From: Camelus dromedarius
Taxonomy: Eukaryota
DNA length: 64,000 bases
NCBI RefSeq assembly: GCF_036321535.1
Contig: NC_087437.1
Location: forward strand, 33,854,001 to 33,918,000
Direction of reading: 5' to 3'
Position 1 is the stretch's first letter. Every line of letters begins with the position of its first letter. Below, piece after piece: positions 22,861 to 34,865 of the stretch. Below the pieces are notes generated by a model. The model was not told the origin of the DNA, did no database searches, and worked only from the letters and a program-made list of their open reading frames with translations. A program made the position numbers and the translations under genes.

Positions 22861-24306
22861 ATTGTACATAGTATTTATATAACCAAAGGAGAAAATATGG
22901 AATTTATAACCTAAACATTTAGCATCTTTTATGCAAAAAATAGAATTAGAGGGAGAAGTAAAGACTATAAATTTTATAAAGATACCTTGCTTTTGTTTGA
23001 ACTATTGCAACAAATAGGTGTTACTTCAATTTGCAATTCAAAATACTGAAACTTAAAAAAAAAACAATAGGAAGAATTTTTTAGTAAAGTGTATCAGGTG
23101 ACTTTAGAAATCTCAGCACACATCTGAATCTCCCACAGGTGAATAATATAGACAGCTAAACTTCTGGAAGCCTTTTATAACAAAGACCATCACTTCTATT
23201 AGTAAGAGTGCAACGTCCTAAGCAGTTTCACAACCATTATCAGTAACAGCGTGCTTGTTTGGTTATTGCCTCAACCACGTTAAAATGCATTTTTGTTTCT
23301 ATAAGTGCACCGAAGATTTAACAATTTCCATTAGCACCTCTGTAAAAAGCAGTTGCAAGGTAAAAGGCAAATTGTATAATTATGAAGGCATTAGATGCAA
23401 TTTTTCTTATTTTCTATAACTTTTTGGTAAGCAGACTTTTATTTTACTAAAAACTCTACCATAAAGTAAGTTGGAAGGCCTAAAGCACTTTATTGTTAAA
23501 CTACTCAAAATGTTACCATAAGTAAAGGAAAAGTATACCTGTCACTATTTAATTATAAGAGACTGGGTAAAACGTGTTTTGTGGCTTCCTTGTAAAGTTG
23601 TCCCTTATTCACTTAATAGAAGCAGTTTATTCATTATTCAGGCTACCATCTTCATTAGGATCTGTTAGAACCTTCAAGGAATTTATTGAGCATTATTGGA
23701 GGAAAAATTTTATTTGCATTTATTATTTTTAGCTGAGGCTGTTAAAGGTGTTCTTTAATACATTTAATATAGTGATATCCCTGTTAAGAAGTACATACAC
23801 TTAAAAGGAAATAAAACCAACAAAGTGACTATTAATTTCAGGTTTTGAAACCTGCTCCGTGTCTGCCCTGGGTGTCTTCCAGGAGAGGTCCTTGGCCCAG
23901 CAGCACTTACATCCTGATGGGGGAGAAGCATGGAAGCAGACACATATTCAGGCCCACTGCAGCCTTTGAGAAGTGTCATGAAGAACATAAGGGGCGACAT
24001 GAAGGACAGCGACCACAGGGGTGGGGGGAGGGGTGTGCAAAGACAGTGGCCAGGAGACCTTCCAGAGGAAATGTCGTCTGAGCTGAAGCCTGAAGGGCGA
24101 GGGGGAGGTGCCCACGTGAAAGGATGAGACATCGCAGAAGTCACAGCAAAAACAAGGGGGAGGTGATCTTTAAAATTAACTGTTGAGGGTTAGCTTCTAA
24201 TAATCGTTAGTGCTTACCTCTACACAAATGTTCAATTTAAGAGTCTAATTTCAGATTTTGCTAAATACATCTAAAATATACCATCATATGTCCTTGGGAG
24301 ATGGGG

Positions 24307-24678
24307 TTTTTTTGTTTTGTTTTGTTTTTATTCAAATATAGTTGATTTACAATGTTGTATTAGGTTCGGGTGTACAGCATAGTGATTCAGTCATACATAC
24401 ATACATATATATATTCTTTTTCATATTTTTCACTATAGATGATTACACGTTATTGAATATAGTTCCCTGTGCTATGCAGTAGGAACTTGTTGTTCATCTG
24501 TTTTATATGTAGTAGTTTGTATCTGCTAATCCCCAAATTCCTCGGCATATATCTAGAGAGAACTCTAATTTAAAAAGATACATGCACCCCAGTTTCACAC
24601 CAGCACTATTTGCAATGCCCAAGGCATGGAAACAACCTAAATGTCCATTGACAGATGACTGGATAAAGAAGTTGTGGT

Positions 24679-24716
<38 letters not shown>

Positions 24717-24960
24717 GAATACTACTCGGCCACAAAAAAGAATGAAATAATGCCATTTGCAGCAACATGGATGGACCTGGAGATCATCATACTAAGTGAA
24801 GTAAGTCAGACAGAGAAAGATAAATATCGTATATCGGTTATATGTGGAATCTAAAAAAAAAATGACACAATTGAACATATTTATAAAACAGAAACAGACT
24901 CACAGACATAGAAAACAAACTTATGGTTACCAAAGGGGAACTGGGGGCAGGGGTAAATTG
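24307..24960 (-). mobile_element. Young L1 3' fragment with 5' inversion
   Basis: Antisense tail and 3'UTR (24307-24542) joined to the upstream segment in the opposite (+) orientation (24543-24960; KQPKCPLTDDWIKKLW...MPFAATWMDLEIIILSEVSQ). (AC)16 at 24681-24713. Confidence 0.92.
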
Positions 24961-25922
24961 GGAAATTGTTTTTAACACTTGGTGTCAGTCACTATTTTCT
25001 GTTTTTATCTTTCTTAAATTATAGAATTGTATTCCTTAAAGTGCTAATATAACATAAATAATTAGAAAGATAGTCACATACAAATCACATAAAGATGTCA
25101 GAGAAACTCCCCATTCCAGCTACCAAAGTACCTTCTGAGTTAGGGAATGTTAACGTGAGTGAACAGTGAGCCCCCTTTGACTGTCTGGCACCACGCTACC
25201 CCCCAGCACAGTCTGGCTCACCCCCTCCTGTTCGCCGGTCCACTCTCCCTGCTCCCTCGGATTCGGCACACAATTTTCATTGGTCATTTGGCTCTGCAGA
25301 CTCACTGAACAGCTGGGTCACCTTGGACCTCAGTTTCCTCATCTACAAAATTGGGTGGTTGGCCCAGATTATCTCTAAAGTCTCTTTCAATTCTAATAGT
25401 TTGTGGTCCACAATGTACTGTCTATAAACCCCTACCTACTCAGATGATCAGTTGTGCCTCTGCTTCCTTCCTCTCCGGCTGCACATGTCTGTATGTCTGT
25501 GTGCCCATAATCTGAGGATATGGGTCTGCATGGTGGGGCACGGGGAGCAGGTGGAAGGTGGGGTTGTGTGCAGGTGAGTTTCAGGGAGGTAAGGAGAAGA
25601 AGTAAGGGCCCGCGTGGGTTGGAGTGTGGGCATGGATGGAGGTACAGGACATTTCCATTTCAGTTACTATCCCCTCGAAAAAGGAAGCTACTTTACAACA
25701 TGGTCTATGACTTTAAGTAACAGATTCCTTACAAATCATACAAAGACAATCTGCACGTATTCAAAGTGACACATTGATTCGTCACCAGTGGCAGCACTGC
25801 TGACTGGAAGTGGTGGGCCCAGCCATGTCCCCCTGCCCTTTATGTCACTTCAGTGCCTGCTAACTGCCTCCTTTCATAAAACAGGAAGACTGTGCTGCCA
25901 AACACGTAGAGTTCCCTGTTCA

Positions 25923-26120
25923 GGGCAGTGCAGTGTAGTCGTTAAGAGGATGGGTTCCGGGTTCAAATCCTGCCTCTGTCACTTACTTACTGTATGAAGT
26001 GAAATCACTTGATTTCAGTTCCCTGAACCTGACCTTCCTCCTCCATAAAATGGGAACGATAATATATCTATCTTCTAGGTTTTATGAAAATCGGCTATAA
26101 AACATCTGGCATAAAACTAT
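25923..26120 (+). mobile_element. MIR SINE
   Basis: gggcagtgcagtgtagtcgttaagagga...gggttcaaatcctgcctctgtcacttac...ttcctcctccataaaatgggaacgataata. Confidence 0.85.
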
Positions 26121-26580
26121 TTCATTTGCTCGTTCAAGTGTCAACTATAAGGTAATGTGTCCACTTTGCAGGTGAAGGCACTGCAGCTGGGAGAGGTTGT
26201 GAGCTGCCCAGTCCCACAGCTCCAGAGTGTCAGGGTCAAGAGTCCCAGCCAGGTCTCCTGCCTCCGGAGCTGCCTCCTCTCCAAGCAGCCCACAGGTTCA
26301 CCTGCCCCCTTTCAGTGGCATCTGGGGACCTTGGAGCCACGTGGCCTCCCCTAGCCTGTTCACAGCCTGTGCGGGGGAGGGGTCCTTCCCTGAGCACACT
26401 GCCAATCTCGAACGTACACCTTAGATAAACCACTAGAAACATAATGGGTTCCTCCTGCATTACACAGAAACCTACACATATTTAAAAGGGCCAGAAACAT
26501 CACATCAATGATTTTGGCTGATACAGACTTTGAGGAGATTAGGAATCCCGAAGAAAGAGGTCCACATGACCATCCTCAAA

Positions 26581-26720
26581 CGAAGATGGGGCTGGTAACG
26601 GGAGCAAGACGGGCCGGTGCCCTCCGCCGTTACCGCAGCGCTCCCCGCGGGGCGGGTCAGCCGCGAAGCGCGTGGGCGGCTCTCCCCGGGCCTGCGCGTG
26701 GCAGCCGCCGTGGCGTTCCC
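26581..26720. promoter_or_regulatory. Short CpG-dense islet with GC box
   Basis: I count 22 CpG in 140 bp against a CpG-poor background. GGGGCGGG at ~26649. No repeat recognised. Confidence 0.6.
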
Positions 26721-27899
26721 TTACTTTAGCCTTTATATAATTAGCCCCCAGATATTATTAGATGGTGATAATGTACACGTACATCACGCCCCGTTTACAG
26801 GCGTGTAGTTAAGGCTGTTAGTCACGCTCCGTGTGACTACAACCAAATCTGTCTCAGAGTCTAAGCTGACCAATAAATCCATGTCAAGTGGAGAGAATAA
26901 TTTAAGTGATAATAAAAGGCAACCAGTTTAGATTTTGATTTTATTGGCCGAAGTTTCCTGCTGCCTGAATGTCACTTAACTCTTCAGGAAACAGTGCTGA
27001 GGGTCCTGAACCTTTCAGTCATAAATGCAACAGTGGGGATTAAAAGAGATATTGGCCTCCTGAGACGGCTTATTATAGATTGGATGGTGAATGGGTTATT
27101 TTTTGCTGCAAAATAACCCATTCTAAACTTTAAAAAAAGCCTTCTGAAGACAAGCTAATTGTGAGACCTGATTTTAAATTAATAAGAGTCATCAATGGGA
27201 AAGAAGCAACTGAAAGGATTCAGGGACACTTGGAGGCATGTTATATGGATGCAGTTACTATGGTGATGGGTTTGTTCTCCAGGAGATAGAAGCTGGAACC
27301 CAGAACAGGCATGTGGAACCAGGAAGTCGCATTAAAAGCCATGCTGCATTTCTAGCATTGTCCTATCAGAACCAGTGACTTCTGAGCTAATGCCAGCAGT
27401 CTGGCAAATTTTCCAAGCCTGGCCCACTTCCTCCCACAGTTAGTTACCTAGAAGAGGGAGTAAATTGCCTATCAGTGTGGCGAGAATTTGAACAGGAGTG
27501 CTTATGTCATAAGAGGAGGTATGTGAATTGTTTCATAAAACTCTGCAGTTCCTAATACTGAAGTTCTGATTCAGAGAGAAAACATGATACCTGGCTGTTT
27601 CACAGTCTCCTTTCCATGATGATGATGTCCAGATGAAATATTGTGGAGTCACTCCAAATCAAAGCCTGAGGACCAGGGATTATATTCTCAAGTCAACAAG
27701 AAAGGTGGACAATGGCAGACATTAGAAATAACTGTTTAAAAAAAATCCTTTAAATTGCAAATCAAGTATGGTATACATAATATTATATATTCTGTTTAGA
27801 TACTCATGTATATTAAACTTTGAGAATGCCAGAGATAGATTAAAGGAAGGAATGATGACCTGAGTTTACTTGCTTTCAGAACACCCCACTCCTAATGGT

Positions 27900-28270
27900 C
27901 CTGCTGGCTTCTTCCCATCTCCCCGATGTTTATAATTTGGCCTGCCCCCAGTTAGTCCTTGAGCCTCTGTTCTTCCCTGTCCACACTTTCTCCCTCAGGG
28001 ATCTGATCCAGTCTCATGGCCTTAAACTCATCCATATGCTGACTGCTTTCAAACAAGCATCTTTAGCCCATCAGACATTCCACCCAAACCCCAGATTCAT
28101 GTGTCCAACTGCTTAATCAACACCCCTACTGGATGTTTACCTGGCATATCAAGCAAACCCAAAACCAAATTTCTAGTCTTTCCCCTACAAATTTGTTCTT
28201 CCTATAATCGTCTCCAACTCACTAAAAATTCCATTTTGGTTGCACAAGCCAAATACCTTGTCATTCCTAG
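27900..28270 (+). mobile_element. L2 LINE fragment
   Basis: tagtccttgagcctctgttcttccctgtccacactttctccctcagggatctgatccagtctcatggccttaaa...tgtccaactgcttaatcaacacccctactggatgt...ggttgcacaagccaaatacctt. Confidence 0.85.
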
Positions 28271-29946
28271 ATGGCATTTCCTGCTATCTCGTGTCTTTGG
28301 GCTTGGTTTAGAATCCCTTAGGTGACTGGATCACTTATGCTGCAGTGATCCAGTTGATCAGAGTAAAGAGCCCCATGAGAACACAGCCCATGCCCGCCCT
28401 CTGTTTTGTGCCAGCGCTAGACCTGGCCCAGAATGGGCACCTGGAAGCTCAGCAGAGGAGGGAGATTGCTGATGAACAAGCGAAAGGATCCTTGGGATGA
28501 GACTGGGTTCTCAGCATATCCAAATGGTGCATCTTTTTGAGACAGTAGCAAGGGGGTGAGATATTTACCCACGTGGCACTGCTCCCAGCACTGTCACACC
28601 ACGTGGCTTCCTTTCAGTGTCATCATGTTCCTAGTAGGATTGTTCACAACAGCCCCATAAACAGGTACAGTTTTCAGGGCCTAACTCACTGAACATTCAC
28701 TACTTCTAAAATTGTGCTAAGACTGAAAATGGTGAACTAAAAATATAAAAAATAATATCTTGTTAATGAATCATAATGCCTTTTTGTGGTGCTTCATGAT
28801 TTAAAAAAATCTGAGAAGGCTAGATGAAGGAAAGTCATGACATATTAATGATTTCAAATGTGTGCTGGAATTGGCAGAATGGAAAGTGGCATGAATAATT
28901 CAAATAAGACACCAGATTTTTTTTTTCCTTCTTGCAAAAGGTTGACACATGAAAAGCAGGGGAGGGGGGCTCCTGGAAAGATGGAATTATATATTGTGTT
29001 GTCCAGCGATCACCTTGCATTTGGAGGGTTAATGCAAGTTCAGGCAACGTAGAACACCATCTAGTCATTTTGAGGGGATTATATTGAAATCTTTTGACAC
29101 CACATTTCGTTCTTCTGACTCCAGCAGCTGCTGGGGAGAGTTAAGACTGAATGTTTGATGCCCAGTGAATTAAAGTCTATTTTTGATCTCAAATCTCCAA
29201 ATCTTGAAGGAACGGTCACTGAGAAGAAAGGAAAGCAGGAAACAGCACTGAGGGCAGCTGGTTTAGTGTACTCCCTCCTTATCTCCACCACACAAATGAA
29301 GATGGAATCGGCTATGAAATGCTCTGAAAGGGAACTCTGAGTACAGATGATGACTTGGGAGGAAGCCAGGAATAAAAGCCAACACGACTACCTTTTTGCT
29401 TTAGTATCTTTTCTCCATTGTCTTTTCGCTTTAAACTACTTTTGAAAACAGCTGTAGTATCCTGAAGAAGAGCAGTCTATTTCAGCTGTGCATAGATTGT
29501 CATGACTTAATATGTATAAGGTTGCATTTCTTTTGTATCTGTTTATATCCATATATGTCCATATCTATACATACCCTTACACACGTGCACACATGTATGC
29601 ACATACACATATAGCATATACACGCACACAATAATAAGTATATTTTGACAGTACAGGAAAAAAATATTTTGAAAGAAAACTCTGTGAGTATGCTCCAGGC
29701 TCAGATTAATGAAGAATGAGGATTTAAGTGATTAGGGCAATACTGAACTTCAGGAAGATCATGAATTTACAGTTTTCTTTACGAGGTTCAGTAGAGAAGA
29801 TAAATCAATAGGCACTTGAGTCAATCCATAAATTATCCCCTGCAAGTTATCTTTTAGAAATTGGCCCAAAGAGATCTGAACAAAGGGAATAGTAGAGAAA
29901 TCAGCCCACAAAATCAGGCAGCAGGCTGCAGCTGGGAAAAGGGAAA

Positions 29947-30200
29947 TCCATCCATCTATCCACTCACCCACCCATCCACTCATCTTCCCATCCATCCACC
30001 CACCCACCCATTCACCCATCTGTCCATTCATACAGTGAGTGTGTACTAATGTTAGGCACTGTGCAGAGTGCTGTGGATGCGAAATGAAAGCCAGAAGCCC
30101 TCACTTCACAGAGCCGTCAGCCCTGTGGGTGAGAGAAGCAAGGAAGCCCAGACCGTGGTTGCCATCTGCTGAGCTAGGACAAGCGGGAGTCGGGGGCTCT
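29947..30200 (-). mobile_element. (CCAT/CCAC)n degenerate microsatellite grown from an L2 tail, plus L2 3' end
   Basis: tccatccatctatccactcacccacccatcc...ccattcat runs directly into gagtgtgtactaatgttaggcactgtgcagagtgctgtggat. Confidence 0.7.
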
Positions 30201-30629
30201 GGGTATACAGAGAGGGGGCAACTATTTTTCATCAAAAAGCCATCTGAGATTTCAGATTTCAAGAGTCAGAACACCTTTCTGTATAGATTAAACTACATGA
30301 AAGCTGAATTTCCTATTTTATTTCCTTGTTTATAACCACATAATTTATATAATCATTTTAATGCATTTTAGGGGCACTTTCTGTATAGTTATCTCTCCAT
30401 GTATTAAGAACTGACATACATATTTTTCATGCTCATGCCCAGTTATGTGTAAATTATAAGAATAAATTTTGTTAAACAACTTATACATTGTTTAAAAATA
30501 GACTGTGCTTATAATCAAACAGTATTTTCAGATTTTTTAATTAAGCACTTACTATGTGCCAAGACTATACTAGGAAGTATCAGTCATATTGCAAAATCCT
30601 GTAAAAGAAACATTATGATCCTGATTTAT

Positions 30630-30820
30630 AACATATATACATATAATATATGCATATATACACATATACATATATGTATACATTATTGGTAAACCACATG
30701 ATTTGATATGTGTTTATACATATAATACATAATATATAATCTATATAATATATAGTATATGTGCATATGTGTATATATACAATATATGTGTGTATATTTT
30801 TGATAAGTCATATACATATG
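30630..30820. repeat. Degenerate (TA/CATA)n low-complexity tract interrupting a minus-strand MIR
   Basis: catatatacatataatatatgcatatatacacatatacatatatg..., flanked by MIR pieces (ttaagcacttactatgtgccaag; gacttgagctcagagcttctgatttc). Confidence 0.8.
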
Positions 30821-31349
30821 ATTATGAGAGATGAGATGAGCTGTCACATGTCTCCTTGGAATGATGACTAAGACTTGAGCTCAGAGCTTCTGATTTCAAG
30901 TTGAGCTTTTATTATTATTATCATCAAATCCTACCACAGATCCAGTTGAGTTAAATTTAAGTGAATAATTTCAAGGGTGTTAATTTACACACACACCGAG
31001 AGAGGCCATCTCTCTGGATTAGATCCTAGCTTGCACATGTCAACTAGGGTCTTTCTGACCAAGAACATCACAAGGACAAAGAAATCCCACTCCCAGTCCC
31101 CAGCTTCCAGTAGATCCCAGGAATGTCTTATCTGAGAAGCTGTTATAACCTTTCTAGCCAAGAAACACAGCACGGCTCCAGTGTGTTTGTAGCTGAATGT
31201 GGAAAGGAGACCAGCCGATGCTGGTCTAGATAATAGCGCACAAGTCCATGAAAAGTGAAAATTCTGTTGTCCAGGTGATTCTACTATTTCTCTTTTCATT
31301 AAATGACCATTTGCTTAAACAGATTGAGATAACCAAAGAAGCAGTTTTT

Positions 31350-31635
31350 CATGGTAGTAGTTCAGCACATAGATTCTAGAGATGGGCTGTCAGAGTTCAC
31401 GTCTCAGCTCTGCCATTTATTAGCTCCTTGACCTTGGGTGTGTGGCTTCACTTCCTGTACCTCAATTTCCTCACGTGTGAAATGGGCATATTAATAGCAT
31501 AATAACAGGACCTATTTCACAGGGGTTTTTTTTGAAGCTTAAACAAGTTAATACAGGTGTACATATGATACACGTGCACACATATCACTTAGAACGATGA
31601 CTGACACTTTAATAACTACTATAAATACCAGCAAT
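31350..31635 (+). mobile_element. MIR SINE
   Basis: cagctctgccatttattagctccttgaccttggg...cctcaatttcctcacgtgtgaaatggg...cctatttcacagggg. Confidence 0.85.
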
Positions 31636-32752
31636 TTTGAACATCTGGATAGTCTTTCAGATATTAATTTCCACTTCAGATTGTTTCTAGATGGACAAAC
31701 CCTGGGACAGGAAAATTAAAGCCAGTTTCATTGTAGCAGGAGGGATATATATGATAGATGAGAGACAGAGGTAATAGATAGAATGCTTTAATAATATTTT
31801 TCCAGCAATTTCTTGCTCACAAAAGCACATCAAAATTATTCATTTCAACAAGGTCGAGTGGGCTATAAGGTACAAAAGTAATTGCTTTAGGCCTCAATTT
31901 TGACAAACCTTATAAGAGTTCCTGTTACTTTTAAAATTACTCACTCTGTGAAAAAACAAAGTTTAAATTGGGAAGTATCTCCTATTCCATCATGTGAGGT
32001 TTATTTGCCTCTCTCGTTTTACTTGGTCCTTCTGATGGGATTTAATGGAAGCACTGGGTGCCAAGAAGGGGTCATAAGGCATTAACTGACCAGGAAACCT
32101 TGCTCAGGAAACTGCAGGAGAGAGGCATTTCATCCATCTCCTCTCTACTCAGCACAGCGCCCTTTCCCCGGGGGCAAAGTCACCACAAGAGAAATGAGTC
32201 TCTGGCTAGTGTGGGTGGAGGGTGGAGAGGCCCAGAGTCCATTTTATATTTACTTATACTGATATATACTCACTCCATGTCACATCTGTGATTCTACCAT
32301 TAATAATATAGCAGTTCTATTTCCTTACTTGTTCCTTACGAATTATGGATTTTAAAAAAGGCTTACAAAGACAGGTTGTAAACAGTACATCCCAAGTTTT
32401 GGAAGAAAAAAATACAGCCATAGTTTATTTTTGTATTCACTTCAATGTAGGAAATAGAACCTTATTTAATGAGAAACTACGTGCTGTAAAAGCGTATATA
32501 TTAACGAAAAATTCAGCACACGTTCTGCAACTTACGTTTGCTGGAGGAAACGTAATGTCAATTAGTGAAAACTGAATTACAGCCTTTTCTCAGTGAAGTG
32601 TGTTTTGTGGCAGGGAAGGTGTTGCAGGCAAAAGGAAGAGTGCGTTCAGAGACCTGTAGGGTAGAGGGAGCACGTGTGTTCATTAGAGAAGCATAAAGAG
32701 TTGTGGATGGGTAAAAGAGAGTGTAAAAACGGCGAGAGGCAAAAATAAGGCT

Positions 32753-33281
32753 TGTGATGGTTAATTTTATGTGTTAACTTGACTGGCCTAAGGGATGCCC
32801 AGGTACCCTGGTACAAGGTTATTTCTGGGTATGTCTGCAAGGGTGTTCCTGGAAGAGATCAGCGTTGATGCAGTAGACTGAGGGAAGAGACCACAGTGCC
32901 CTCGGCACTGAGTGGGTGGCATCCAGTCTGTTGACATCCCCAGTAGAAGGAAAAGGCCAAGGAGGGACGGGTGAATTCTCTCTCCCTGTTGTTGAGCTGG
33001 GATGTTTATCTTCTCCTGCTTTTGGAAACAGAGCTCCTAGTTCTCAGGCCTGAGGATTTGGGAACTTAACACTAGCAGCACCTTATTCTCAGGCCTTTGG
33101 TCTTGGACTGAATTATACACCCGCTTTCCTGGTTCTCCTGCCTGCAGAGGGCAGGTGTGGGACTTCTCCACCTCCACAATCACGTGAGCCAAGCCCTCTC
33201 CTCTTTTATCTGTCTGTCTATCTATCCATCCATCCATCCATTCTATCAGTTCTATTTCTCTAGAGAACCCTTACTAATGCA
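32753..33281 (+). mobile_element. ERVL MLT2 (MLT2B-like) solo LTR
   Basis: Begins TGTGATGGTTAATTTTATGTGTTAACTTGACTGG and ends TTCTCTAGAGAACCCTTACTAATGCA. 5-bp TSD aggct/gggct. Confidence 0.93.
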
Positions 33282-33328
33282 GGGCTGTTGAGGACACCTG
33301 ACTGTAGATGGCCAGCAACTGTGTGTAC

Positions 33329-33518
33329 ATGTGGTCCTCAAAGCGTGGCCTGGAACCCGCATCATCAGCATCGCCTGGGAACTTGTTAAAAATTCACGTT
33401 CTCTGCTCCATCTCAGATCTGCTGAATCAAAACCTCCGATGGTGGAACCCCAAAACCTGTGTTTTAACAAGCCATCCAGTGACGTTAGTGCTTTGATTAT
33501 AATGTTCTGAAAACCAGG
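33329..33518 (+). mobile_element. MER5A (hAT-Charlie MITE)
   Basis: gtggtcctcaaagcgtgg...catcagcatcgcctgggaacttgttaaaaat...tgctgaatcaaaac...ctgtgttttaacaagccatccagtga. Confidence 0.88.
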
Positions 33519-33529
33519 GGTCAGACCAT

Positions 33530-33695
33530 GCTGAAGGGCTGAGCCTGCACGTCAGAATCAGCTGGGAAGCTTTAAATGCAGACGTCTGATCCCCGCCCCA
33601 AGCCAACTAAACCTGGGGGTCAGGCTCTGGCACTGGTGTTTTCTGAAAACTCGCCAGGCAATTCCAACATGGGGCCAGGGTTGAGAATCGCTGGT
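33530..33695. mobile_element. MER5-family MITE (second, adjacent copy)
   Basis: ctgcacgtcagaatcagctgggaagctttaaatgcagac...ccaggcaattccaacatggggccagggttgagaatcgctgg. Confidence 0.8.
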
Positions 33696-34865
33696 TTAGA
33701 CTAACAGTTTGTCGTCTGTAACATGCTAATCGTAGGAAAGGCTTTATTCTGAGAGGCAATTCATTGATAACCAACTGTCTTCCAGTTCAGGCCTTGGTAA
33801 CCCTGGTCTGTAGTTAACATCATCTGTCTTCTAATGGCTGGTACTAGATTTCCCACACCCTTGGCAACCATGTTTCCGTGACTCTTAACAGAATGGTTCT
33901 TTTTGCATAGACAGCATGAGGTAAACTTCCATTTAGCACAAACTAAATCATCAAGTAAACAGTCAGAGAAGTGGGTCCAAAGTAGCAAGATCTTAGAAGT
34001 TGAGTTTACGAAGCAATTATTTGGAGGGCGGGAGTGAACAAGAAGGGGGGAAATGATGGGAGATGGAGGTACACAAATAAGCATCTATGAAGAAAAATAA
34101 AACTTTCATATTTTGCTTATGAATAAAAGAAAGAAAGTAGCCACACTCCCTTTGGTCTAACAGGCTGCTATTTCTTGAAGTTCAGGTAGCGTCTTCACTC
34201 ATCACAAATTCCTGGACACTTGACACTGGGCAATCTTTAATAATGATAACCACCATTTATTGAGCTCTTACAGTGGGATCATATCTTCAAAGAGGGAGTT
34301 TAGGTTCTAAAGATAGTACATAAGTTGAAAGTTTAAATAGAGTCAAAATTACCCATGAACATCCCTTAATGACTGAGGTAGAAGGGACCAAGTCCCTGTG
34401 AGACCAGCTGACCACATCTCCAATCTCACATTCCTCAGAGCTCCCAGAATGGGATAGGACTTCTCTCTTGCTGTCACCCATGGACGTGGATGTTTGCTTT
34501 GAGTGTCTCCCCCCATTATCTCTTTAAATTTTCATCACAGTCCCATGATGCAGATATCATTATTATTGTCTCTATTTTTTTTTTTTATTTTACAGAAGGA
34601 GAAAGTGAGATTTAGAGAACTTTAGTAAATTGCCCAAGGTACACTACTGGAGCCCAGATTAGGATACAACGTGTGCAACCGCAGGACTCACGGCATCTCT
34701 AAACCAGAGCCAATTTTAAAATTATTTTTCTTTCAGTGGGGTCGTTTTACCTTCATGTTGTTTCCAGTAACAACAAACCTTTTCTGAGTAATTAATTTTG
34801 ATCCCAGCAAGACCTCTGAGGCCAGTGCTAAAGAATCAAGGCAGAACTAGTCCCTTCTCTCCCAC

